A DNA stretch of 64,000 nucleotides from Eledone cirrhosa (lineage: Eukaryota), in the NCBI GenBank assembly GCA_964016885.1, contig OZ024743.1, forward strand, positions 27,714,001 through 27,778,000, given 5' to 3'. The position numbers and the translations under genes are program-made. Under the pieces are notes generated by a model that made no database searches, had not been told where the DNA came from, and saw only the letters and a program-made list of their open reading frames with translations. Every line of letters begins with the position of its first letter. The stretch's first letter is position 1. Shown piece by piece: positions 12,410-24,705 of the stretch.

Positions 12410-14455
12410 AATGGAAAAATTTGAACAGGAACAAAACAGAGAGGCAGTACAACGAATGTTTATTAATTTCACGCTCTGGAGAGTGCGGTGGTGGTGGGGA
12501 ACGACGTTTCGGGCATAAGCCCTTCCTCAGGTGAGAAGTGTGTGGGAACAGAGTTCAAAGGGTGTGTAGGGTGTGGTGGAGAGACATATAGCAAAAGGAA
12601 ACGGTGCGAATGAAATTTAAAAATAAAAATAAAAATAAAGCATGATCAAAATAAAAGGAATGAAATAAAAATGAATATAAAAGCATGATCAAAATAAACT
12701 GAAATTAAAAAGGGGTAAAACAGGTGGTGGAAGGGTGTGGGGTGTGTAGGGGTCGTGGCGGGTGGAGTGGGGAGAGGGAGACGGGGTATCCGAGCGGGGA
12801 GGGCTGAAGGTGGTGTGTGTGTGTAGGTGTACGTGTGTGTGTGTATGTGAAAGTAAGGATTGGGGGAAGAACGGAGTTGCATGTTCAGGAAGAGGTGTGT
12901 GTGGGGGGGATGTTGTAGGTCGGAGTGTCTGTGCGTGTTTGGATACAGGGGTGGGGGGGGAGTAATCAGGAGGCTGAGGGTGTAAATATGTGGTGGAAAG
13001 CACGTGTGTGTGGGGTTTAAGCGTGTTGTGGGTGTAGGTGGTGTGTGGGAGAAAAAATATTTTGGTGTGTGTGTGTGGGTGAGTTATATAGGTGATTCCG
13101 TAAGAGGATGGTTGAAATGTTGGTAAATTCCTATGATGTTTAGTAGATTCCGTGGTGGTCAAGTTCCACATACGAGTATTACATGAAGAGATGGTCGGAA
13201 GAGGAGAGATGTGGGGTACGCGCGCAACAGGAAGTGGTCAAGCGGTGGGAGTGCTGTGAGTCTGTTTGTGCTGGAAGGTGGTCAGAGGGCATAGCAGCAG
13301 TCGGGTGTAATGGTAAAGGGGCAAGGATGGGTAGGTGTGAAAGTTGGAGTGAGGAGGGTGTGTGTGTGTATTAGTAGAGGTGTTAGTGGGATGAGTGAGT
13401 GTGGAGCGAGGGTGTGGGTGGAGCGGGGAGAGAAGGGTGTGTGTAGTTCTATGGAGGGAGTGTGGTGTACTGGTGTGTATGTAGTTTGATGAAGGGGGTG
13501 TTAGTGGGTGTTAGTATACGGGAGGTGGGGAAAGGGTTGAATGCAGGTGTGAGTGGGGGTTAGTGGTGGTAGGGTGTGTAGAGTTGGTGGTGTACGAGGG
13601 TGTGTGGGTACGTGTGCGTGGGGTTGGGGAGTGTTAGTGATGTTAGTTGCGTGTGGGGTGGGTGGTGTAAGTGGGTGCGTGTGTTCGTGTACTTGGGGTC
13701 AGGGGGTGTTAGTGAGGTTAGTTGCGGGATGGTGGGATGGAGGTGTGGGGGTGATGGTTAGTGGTGGTAGTAGGGTGTGTGTTTAGTGTGAGCGCGTGTA
13801 TATATGTGCCGGTGGGTGTGTGCGTGTGATAAGGAGGGGGAGGAGAAGAAGGGAGGGATGTTAGTATGTCAGTTGGGGAAGGGTGGTCGGATGAGGGGGT
13901 GGAGTGGAGGTGTTAGTATTGTTAGTTGTGGGGTGGGCGGTGAAAAGAAGGGGTGTGTTAGTGGTGTTAGTGGGGGATATGTGTGTGGGGGGGGGGGGGT
14001 CGAAGGCTAAAGGAATAAGGGTGGGGGAGTTCAGGCCGGGGGAGTGTGGATCTGTAAGATGAAGATAGTTCTTTGTTCGACTCTAAGGAGATTGGCGGTT
14101 GTTCCGTGGCATTGGAGTAGGCCACAGAACTGTGAAGGATGGCGGTGCGGAATGTCCAGGGCCACCAAAGTGGCGGGCCATGGGGGAACTACCACCGAGA
14201 CGAATATCCCGGTGGTGCTCAGTGAATCGACGCCAGGCGACATAAGCGAAGTCCGTAGACTAGGTTGGAGGAGGTGCAGCGGAAGGCATGCCGGACAGAG
14301 AGAGAGTGGACGTTGGGACCCTGGAAGGTGGTGGTGTTGGTGATGTGGGGACAAGTTTTGCAGCGGGGCCTAGAACAGGGAAAGGAACCGGGGGGGGCAG
14401 AGCGTGGGTTTGGGGGGGTAGGGAGCTGTGGACGAGGAGGGTGCGGAGATTGCGT
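12410..14455 (-). mobile_element. Neptune-type Penelope-like element, 3' part (endonuclease, long C/A-rich 3' UTR, pLTR with HHR)
   Basis: GSFPCSRPRCKTCPHI..GP..FRCTSSNLVY, then CGLLQCHGTTANLLRVEQRTIFIL at 14030-14450. HHR near 12500. The direct repeat atataaatgctatatatata flanks both sides. Confidence 0.8.
12500..12534 (-). ncRNA. Minimal hammerhead ribozyme of the Neptune-type element
   Basis: Minus strand reads cac CTGAGGA a gggc ttat gccc GAAA cg TC gt. Stem III is the palindrome ACGT. Confidence 0.65.
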
Positions 14456-14476
14456 ATATATTATACATATAAATGC

Positions 14477-14507
<31 letters not shown>

Positions 14508-14522
14508 ATCATACATTTATCC

Positions 14523-14600
<78 letters not shown>

Positions 14601-15617
14601 CATTTATATGTTTGCACGTGGATTCTGACTGTATTTATGTACACACACACATTGATGAGAAAGATAGATAGATATGTATGTGCGTAAATGTGTATGTGTG
14701 TGTGTGTGTGTGTGTGTTTGTGTGTATGTGTGTGTGTGTGTTTTATATACACTCTTATACCTGTTCTATCTTTCTCTCTCACCCACCTATTGACTCATAC
14801 AAGTGATATTTATCGGTTGGTCGAAATATCCCGGATTCGAATCCTAACCAGCGCGTTAATTCTATATCACTGTCTAATCACCTGTTGGCCTTTAATATCC
14901 GGAAAGGTTTTTTGGTACTGCCATTGTTTTACTGTTGCACCGTATTCACCATGCTACTTGGGGAATACAGCCGAATGCTTCCATTCTATGGTTACAGCGA
15001 TTCGAGACAGATTTTCTCTAATCTATTTTTTTCACTCGTTAATTTGTGTTTGATTTGAGATATGTTGGTTGAGTTCTCATGGAGGGGCCATAGCATAGAA
15101 TCTCGACTCCTAGCCATCCCGTAAGTTTCTGAACCAGTGTCCAATCAGTTGACAGTACTTTGATGACGCGTAGGGATTTCAGTCACTAATGTACGACTGT
15201 GTCGCATGTCACATTTATTGCCAACACGGACTGGAATCGAATTCTGATTTGTTCGGGTGTTTTGTGATCCCTGTTCAAATCTCATTGATGCCAACTTTAC
15301 CTTACACCAGCCGAGGGCTGTCGGAATATTTGAAGTCTCATAGTTGAAGTCTCAGATAAAAAAATGTTATGGTATTTCTCTCCGGCTCTTTGCCTTCTTG
15401 ATTAAATAACACCCTGACCTATTTCGATGTATGAGATAATCATTCACCAGGTTTAACGCTATACCTTGGCACTTGGATGCCTTTAACGAAATCTACACTT
15501 TTCAAAATATTCGGGCCAGGTTTTTTACTTTGATTTTACGTTCCGTTCTCTCAGCAGTCTCAAATTTCCTTGAAGAGGCGACGGGTACTCCCTTTCCCTA
15601 CTTGATACTAAAACAAA

Positions 15618-15722
15618 ATATTGGTTTCTTATATAGGCAAAAGGGCCAGCAATTTTGGGATAGGGGGAAGGTCGATTAAATCGACCCCTGTGCGTGACTG
15701 GTACTTTATTTTATCGACCCCC
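15618..15722 (-). mobile_element. Same SINE family, 3' half
   Basis: Matches 29133-29235. Confidence 0.72.
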
Positions 15723-15906
15723 TGTCTGCTTAAAACTATAAGCTTTTGGTATAATGATTGAACAAGGAATATCACGTTATCAACAGGTATTATGCTCTGC
15801 GCCAGCTTTTATGAATGACGCAGGGCTTTATTAAAAACACATGCGTAACTCACAGGGGAAAAAACCCCAGACAATTATATTGTGTTATTTACTATGTAAT
15901 TAAATA

Positions 15907-16225
<319 letters not shown>

Positions 16226-16327
16226 TATATATATATATGTGTGTGTCTGTGTGTGTGTATATTTAATTACATACTAAATAACACAATATAATTTTCTACG
16301 GAAATACTTAGTACACACACACACACA

Positions 16328-16467
<140 letters not shown>

Positions 16468-16569
16468 GTAATAATAATAAAACGTGAAGACTAAAATCCG
16501 AAGAGGGTTCGATAAGGATAATATATGTTTCAAATATGTTGCGATCTTCGCTTAAACTTTAATCTGTTA

Positions 16570-16605
<36 letters not shown>

Positions 16606-16611
<6 letters not shown>

Positions 16612-17090
16612 ATTAGTCCTTCATCAGTGATCTTCCAACCTTCATTGGTATTTCATCGCTTTAAAAAATCATATACCTCTAGTTGGTGCGAGCAATAACA
16701 AATAAAGTTATTGGGACAAGTAAAATAGGGTGAAACGAGCGAGACATGTAAACAAACAACGATGGTATGGCAACGGAAAGATAGGAAGAGACAAGCATAT
16801 GAAACCTGTAAGCTTAAGCTTGGTGAATTCATGGGCTTGTCTCTTCCTATTCATGTGCTTGTCTCTTCCTATCCTGTCTCTTCCTATCTTTCCGTTGCCA
16901 TACCATCATTGTTTGTTTACATGTCTCGCTCGTTTCACCCTATTTTATTTGTCCCAATAATTTATTTGTTATTGCCCGCACCAACTAGAGGTATATGATT
17001 TTTAAAGCGATGAAATACCAATGAAAGTTGGAAGATCACTGATGAAGGACTAATTTTATTCATATGTAACCTATGTGCAACTTTCTCATA
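16606..17090. repeat. Inverted-repeat insert with arms of about 185 bp
   Basis: 16606-16795 versus about 16875-17060. The spacer contains aagcttaagctt and tandem tgtctcttcctat. Confidence 0.85.
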
Positions 17091-17093
17091 TAT

Positions 17094-17216
<123 letters not shown>

Positions 17217-17322
17217 GTGTGTGTGTGTGTGCGCGTGTGTGCGTGTGTGTATGTATGTGTGTGTGTGTGTGTATTATCCCAAATATTAACAAATGAAGAT
17301 AATCACATAATCAAAATATATG

Positions 17323-17392
17323 CTTTATTATATATATTTTCGAAGGTTACTGTGTTGTTTGTTTTTCCAGTACGTCCTCGTCAGATAAAATA
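17323..17392 (-). ncRNA. Hammerhead ribozyme, same family as 5686
   Basis: Minus strand reads ttttat CTGACGA ggacgtactg..cagtaaccttc GAAA atatata TA ataaag. Confidence 0.7.
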
Positions 17393-17569
17393 TATGATTT
17401 AATATATGACATACATCTACGGTCTTGATATTTCAATTCCAGTATTGGCAGTGATTTATTTCATCAAATCTCAACATTTTTATACCACAAAATAATATGA
17501 TAAACTTAAAGAAGAAATGGACGTGCAGCGAATACATATATATATGTGTGTATATATATATAAATATAA

Positions 17570-17765
17570 AATAATTGTCTCTACTTTTGGCACAAGACCA
17601 GCAATTATCCCAGTGCACTAATGGTACTTTAATTTATCGACCCCAAAAGATGAAAGGCAAAGTTAACCTCGGCGGGATTTGAACGGAGAGTGTAAAGGGG
17701 CGTAACTCCCTGCTGAAAAGCATGACGTCGACCCCTTTACTGATACTGCCAAAGCAAGCACCCCT
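17570..17765 (-). mobile_element. Same SINE family
   Basis: Same core sequence. Confidence 0.78.
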
Positions 17766-18279
17766 TCATATATATATATATATAAAATAATAATACCATG
17801 ACAATTCGATACAGAATCGAACCTTGAGCTGATCAATAGCGAAACGCGCGTCACCAATCAATAAACGCAATGAAGGCTTACAAATCGTCCTTGTATTATG
17901 ATATTACACTCTGTTTAGCTCTACACCTGCTACTGATCTGAACCTAAATATCGAGTGCTCAAGCGATACTTTTGACGAATAGAAGTTTACCCAACACATA
18001 GTGCATTGTATATGTTTGACATGATTTCTGGGATTATTTCAAATTTCCCTGAATATTCGATCAATCACTCAATTAGGCCTGTCAACAATGAAACATACTG
18101 TTTTTTATTATAGACCAACATGAGTGTCAATTTGATCGAATATTGATAAGAATTGAGGGAATCGACAATACACACACACTCACTCACACAGACAGACACA
18201 CACACACTCACTCACTCACACAGACAGACACACACACATACACACACACAGACATACACACACACATACATATATATAT

Positions 18280-18332
<53 letters not shown>

Positions 18333-18372
18333 CGAAACATAAGTCAATTGCATGAACTCATAATCCTTTATT

Positions 18373-18430
18373 TACTGCTATATATATTTCGATGATAGCC
18401 ATTGAATGGCTATGACCTCATCAGGCAGTT
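18373..18430 (-). ncRNA. Minimal hammerhead ribozyme in a short insert (about 18329-18505)
   Basis: Minus strand reads actgc CTGATGA ggtcatagccattcaatggctatcatc GAAA tatata TA gcagt. Stem I pairs over 5 bp. Confidence 0.85.
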
Positions 18431-18503
18431 AGTCAGTTCTTAGATATGCCAGCTCTGTGTGTATAGTGTTGATGGTATCAGAGCCTTGGGACATATATCT
18501 TTT

Positions 18504-18542
<39 letters not shown>

Positions 18543-18545
<3 letters not shown>

Positions 18546-18735
18546 AAAAAGAGTCAGGACCCCAACAGTTGAGCTCCGGCCGTTTCGACAGCTAGTTCAA
18601 AATTAGCTGTCAAAAAGGCCGGAGCTCAGCCGTCGGGGTCCTGACTCTTTTCCTATTACCCACTCTACTACCCATAGTATCGAGTACTCTGGTGCGTTAT
18701 GGTCCACCTAGTTGCTTACCACACTTCCTTCGTTA
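18543..18735 (+). repeat. Fold-back insert of the ccttcgtt family
   Basis: Centre gacagcta gttcaaaat tagctgtc. Ends in ccttcgtt followed by (AT)n. Confidence 0.8.
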
Positions 18736-19542
18736 TATATACATATATATATTTGATCTACATAGTTTTTTCGACACGACAGACTATTTCTTCTAAAGTA
18801 GTCATGTTAACCACTGTGACCATTTCTATGTATATTTCTCTGACTTTTCAAATTCTCTCCACTCTCTTAGCCACCCATTACTTCCTCATGTCAACGAAGA
18901 AGCAAGACGTGTTTCTTTTTTATCAGACCTTGAAGCCACCTTTCATTTGCTTTGGCGTCGTGTTTCCTTTGTGTCTTTTCCATTCTCCAGTTTAATGACT
19001 GGCTTCTGTAATTTATTTAAGGACAATTTCCATGCTTTAGTTTTCAGCTAATTCATCTAATGTAACGTTCTATTTTCTTGTCTCTCTCCTGCTAATTGTC
19101 TCATATAATTTAACGTATCCGCTCCATTCAGTTTGTTATTCACTCCTGCGCATCTATTATGCTTCATTACTCAAATTTTTTCTGTCTGGTTCCCAACAGC
19201 CGCTGTGATAAGTTTCCTAGTGGGTGGGGATATAGTCTAAACGTTGGTCGTTAATCTCCTTAAATTTCCTTTCATATCTATGGACGTTAGATTCGATGGT
19301 TGACGATCGGAAAAATGTTTGTTCTGTTTCTACTGTCTAAAATATGATTTATATATACCCCCCCCCCCCACACACACACAACAACAACACATATATATAT
19401 ATATATTTGTGTAAGGCCTTGTTTGCAAGTGTTTGACGGGACGTATGTATCATAGACAGACTAAAATAAATTTGTTGGACGGGTCATGCGTCAATATCGA
19501 CGAATAAAATCATTATGTATATATAGGAATGCCTATCTCTCA

Positions 19543-19570
<28 letters not shown>

Positions 19571-19574
<4 letters not shown>

Positions 19575-19830
19575 TGTAAGCCATCGCCGTATTTTGACTA
19601 AAGAAATTAAAGAAATTATTTAGCCTGATAGTGGGGTCAAGAACCCTCGGAGAAATGGAAAAAGATGAGTATTGACGTACGTCAATACTCATCTTTTTCC
19701 ATTTCTCAGAGGGTTCTTGACCCCACTATCAGGCTAAATAATTTCTTTAAATTTCTTTAGGTCAAAATACGGCGATGGCTTACATTTATAATAATTTTCA
19801 AACCCGCCCGCTGTTTCGAAAATAGTCTTT
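19571..19830. repeat. Spacerless palindrome in (TA)n
   Basis: Centre tgacgt|acgtca at 19678/19679, arms about 108 bp. A single-arm homologue lies at about 30346-30440. Confidence 0.9.
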
Positions 19831-19868
<38 letters not shown>

Positions 19869-19888
19869 CAATATATATATATATATAT

Positions 19889-19943
<55 letters not shown>

Positions 19944-19953
19944 ATATATATAT

Positions 19954-19992
<39 letters not shown>

Positions 19993-20121
19993 ATATCCAA
20001 AATTAAGATAAATTAAATGAATTTAATCTAAATCAAAATTATGGGTGTCATGCCGGAAAGGCATGCGCCATATCACCCGGAAAATAAGCTCTAAGATTCC
20101 AACAAGTAGGTCCGAGCATTT

Positions 20122-20338
20122 TATAATAACTAGAAATTGATTAACATATACGTAAACATGAATAATCACAGGAGATAATTTTTACAAGTGTTGCACCACA
20201 CATAGCTAGGTAGGTAACTAAGTTCTAGTCAACTTTATTTAGTTACCTACCTAGCTATGTGTGGTTACACACTTGTAAAAATTATCTCCTGTGATTATTC
20301 ATGTTTACGTATATGTTAATCAATTTCTAGTTATTATA
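20122..20338. repeat. Inverted-repeat insert
   Basis: Arms of about 100 bp around the spacer gttctagtcaactttat. A single-arm homologue lies at 43079-43210. Confidence 0.88.
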
Positions 20339-20340
20339 TG

Positions 20341-20409
<69 letters not shown>

Positions 20410-21128
20410 ATACATACATACAAATAATAAATGACATCCGGGTCAATGATGCTAAAACAGCAAAGATTCTAACCAGCACCGGAAATGTCCATAACAACGG
20501 TGAAGTATGCCGGTGATGTATGCATATAATAGATACATATCATGTCTGTAGATATATGAAAATATGTATATGTGCACATATAATTGAAACCATAGAGATC
20601 AACATATGTAGTGACATCCATACTTGCGCCCATATGTTAAAGAAGATAGACGTTCAATATTAGTTAGCTGATATTGCCAAAAACAAGATGATGTATGACA
20701 GAATAAAGGAAAGACACAAAATAAGAATCCAGTTACTGAGGAGGTCACGAAAGAGCTTTGACAATAAACAACCATATAAACAACCTTCCTGTTATTGATC
20801 CAACCAACTGGAAATTTGTAATAATAGGTACGTGTGTTTTTATTGGCAGCATGAGACCCTCATAAAGTGTAACAGTATCTGTCGCAACACACGTTTCCAG
20901 ATATGAAATTAAGAAATCTTGCAACACTAACTCATAAACGAAATATATATATATATATATATATAACGAAGGATGTGTGGTAAGGAACCAGGTGGACCAT
21001 AACGCACCAGAGTACTCGATACTTGGTGTGGGTAATAGGAAAAAAGTTAGGTCCCCGAAGGCTGAGCTCCGGCCGTTTCGACAGCTAGATCTGAACTAAC
21101 TCAGTAGTGCTAACACTGACTATTTTCC

Positions 21129-21168
<40 letters not shown>

Positions 21169-22288
21169 TATATATATTTGGATATATACGAAAATAAGAG
21201 AGAATGCAAAAAGTACATAAAAAATATGTAATAAATCAGGGAAAGATTGAACAAATGTCAGAAAGCAATTAGTATAAATTAGTAAAAAAATACCAATATA
21301 CCCTATATCTTCAAATAATAGTCAAGCAATGTGCACTGTATTACGGTAGGTAGCGGCATACCGGTAGATATATTGCTTATGGTAATATCGAGTCATTATG
21401 AGATATAAGTTGATTGTACTAAGCTAGTCTGTTAAGTTTGATGGATACGAGTAAAAGACTAAATGTAAATATTTATAAGAGTTACGCGGCCTTGTATTAT
21501 GGATTTTTTTTTTATTTACGAGGACATGTGCTTTGATGCATAGAATCAGTACTATTACTGTAATTCATTGTCGTTTTGTTTTTATTAGTTTAGAAACCAG
21601 TTCAGCTTCTGCTACAGATATGTTACTTAAACTTATAGTCGACCCCATAAATATGATCTTACAAAATGCTCTAAAATATTCGACTTTTACACGAGTATAT
21701 ACGATAGATAAGTTACTTTTTAAAGATAAGGAATATACAGATAATAATATACATAATATGAAAAAATAATAAAATACACATAACAAATAATACCATGGTA
21801 AATGTAAAAAAAAGATAAAACACTCTTAACTCCCGAAGGAAGTATAAGAGTATTGTCCTGACGCATGACCTGATTTTGGCATTATAAATCTGGTGGGACA
21901 CAACCCTCTACTAGTCAGAATACAACTGATTTTTTGCAGAGCGACAGAGAAAAAGGAGGTGAGGAAAAGGAGAGAGAGAGAAGCACTGGACTGATATTTA
22001 TTGATCTAAAGTGGATCAATCCAGGACGGTCTAACGATTCTGACAATTAATAAAGTATGAAAGTAAAGTATTAAATATTAAAAGGGAATAAAATTAGTCA
22101 TGCATTTGTAATAATGTAAACACATCTCTGATTATAAAGGACTTCATCTAGCCAGAATAATTATATATTTTCCATTTAATTGGTCCCAAAATATTCTAAT
22201 TCATTGTAAACAGATTGTTATTTTAGTGGTAATGTTTGGTAATGTTTTAAAATTTAACATTATCAAAGAGTGTAACTCTCTCTCTCTT

Positions 22289-22354
<66 letters not shown>

Positions 22355-22355
22355 T

Positions 22356-22431
<76 letters not shown>

Positions 22432-22938
22432 CCTCTCTCTCTCTCTCTCTCGCTCATTTTGTCACACACACATACACACACTGCCCTACTAAGTGCTAAC
22501 TGGGATTTAACAGTTGCTGAGTATATCTCCACGGAATTCGGTAGTGAGTTGGCAAAAATTTAACAAATTCATCAAGGTATTCAACATTAGTTAAATATGA
22601 TCAGCGACTTGTCGATCATCAAATCATCCAATAAAGAATTCAGTGTTATTGATATATCCCGCAATTAATTATGGTCATCAACAAACATTAATATAGCCTA
22701 TATTAAACAATTGCTAATCGGGTCAATAGGTAAAAAGACTGAAGAAAATGCTGATAATTACCCAAACTAGCGCCAGTTTCAATAAACCCGGACTGATAGT
22801 AATAATTGCGTAAAATCGTATATATTCCAACAGCCAATTGTAACATCTGGAACCTGCAATGGGTCATCAGTGGATCTGTACGGTAAAACTGCTCGTATAT
22901 ATAATAAATATTATTATTTTTAATATTGTTATTATTAG

Positions 22939-23129
22939 TTTCTGATTTAAGCACAAGGCCAACACATTTTAGGAGAGAACGACGATTAAATCGACCCCAG
23001 TTCGTTATTGCTACTTTATTTTATCGACTGCGTAAGGATGAAACGCAAAGCTAACGTGGTCGATAAAATAAAGTACAAGTAACGCACTGAGATTGATTTA
23101 AGTTTTGGGCTTTGTGCCTAAATCAGAAA
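22939..23129. mobile_element. Head-to-head pair of SINE 3' halves
   Basis: 22939-23055 (-) and 23057-23129 (+) both end in gtgc.taaatcagaaa. Confidence 0.7.
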
Positions 23130-23169
23130 GCATCATTTATTTATTTTGGTACAATGTTGATGTTGACTA

Positions 23170-23865
23170 TAGGCTCCATTTCAGAGCTTTAAGATAGTAA
23201 GAATTGCTTTCTGATCTTCTAGATGATGTCTATCAGTTTTCTCATTCTTTTGCAGTGCGTGTCTAGTAGGGGATACTTTTTGCACAGGCTCTATACCAGA
23301 TCAAATTCGATTTTAGAAAGATTATCTGATTCACATGCTATTGCTCCTATAATTATCGGTACAAGTATAAAATTATTTACTTCACCCTTAATAATTTCAA
23401 AGTTTCCTATTTGTGGTCATTGTAGTAGATTTTCTTCTCCTTTTCTTCATTCTTTATTCTCATGTTAAAAGGGCAAACTACCTCCACAATATAGAACTCC
23501 TTCCTTTCTTTCTTGATTGCCAACGCTATATCTGGTTTGTTGCCATCAATTTTGTTTCCGTTTGTATTGCAATATCCCATAGAATTTTGACTTTTTCACT
23601 TGGCAGCGGTTCCATACTTTGAAACCAAGTGGTCATACCATTATTCATTGCAATTAAACCAAACTCTTTACATTCTCGCCAATGTATTACAGCTAACACG
23701 TTATCATGCCTCCATTTACTATATTTATTTTGAGCCAGTTGTGAGGATTTCTGAGACAATATCGCTAATTGTCTCATTCACTTTTCCAAACATTCTACAA
23801 TATGGTGATATGACCACGTTATCCTCATCGGCTTTAATGTATTTGTACTTATCGCCTGGTCATAA
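23170..23865 (-). mobile_element. Decayed R4/Dong-type RLE LINE fragment
   Basis: LAQNKYSKWRHDNV..IHW, KILWDIAIQTE, and downstream IVEVVCP-like and IIIGA-like motifs. Confidence 0.7.
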
Positions 23866-23869
23866 GTTG

Positions 23870-24090
23870 CCATAATCAAATCCTTCAAGGTGTTAACAAC
23901 GGGGTTGGCGCTTGTCATCAGGCTTGTGGTAGAGGAGGGGCAAATATTCGCAATCGCGATCTGTACACAAAACACGCGATACATCAGAGAGATTGTATTG
24001 AATAAACCTGGCTTCGGTGGAGCTCTGATCAATCGAAAGTTTACGAAAGAGTCGACCAGCCATATCTGGCGGCTGTGATCCAGCATAGAC
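23870..24090 (+). mobile_element. L1/Tx1-like RT fragment
   Basis: KVL..GLALVI..VVEEGQ..AI..RYI....NKPGFGGALIN..K..RVD..YL pattern of RT domains 2-3, frameshifted. Confidence 0.55.
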
Positions 24091-24095
24091 AATCA

Positions 24096-24192
<97 letters not shown>

Positions 24193-24469
24193 ATAGAGAA
24201 GTAACACACGAATTGATATATTTAAAAATTAGGAAAAAAGAAAAAAAAAAACACTAGAAAATGCTAAAAAAAATTTCTCTCAGAATACCAACAAAACATT
24301 TATTTACAAAATAGGAATTTCTGCATTAATTGTACCGGTTTCAGCTTGTACTCTTTATCAAACGACGGAATGTATAAAGCAATTGAATTACATATTAATA
24401 AGAATAATAAGAATATGGGTGGAAAATGTTGTTTTTACATACATATTTAGGGAGAAAAGTTCACATTTT

Positions 24470-24705
24470 TGCCTGTAGTTTTCTTTCTTTCTCTCTTAGT
24501 GTTGACCTTAGCCTTACCAACAGTGGGAGTAGCAGAGAAAGAAAACTACAGACACAAATGTTCTTTTGAAGAGTATTATTTTTGGACAGCTGGGTGTCTT
24601 GAAATTCCCCTCACAGAGCCAGTCAGATGGCTGTGTAGACTTTGTCACTGACGACCCGACCACGTAACAGCTTGTACAGATGGCTTATTACCAGTAGTAC
24701 AGAGA
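24470..24705 (-). mobile_element. Old 5' fragment of the RTE-derived family
   Basis: Minus strand tactggtaa..gtacaagctgt..tggtcgggtcgtcagtgac aligns to the family X head. Confidence 0.55.
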
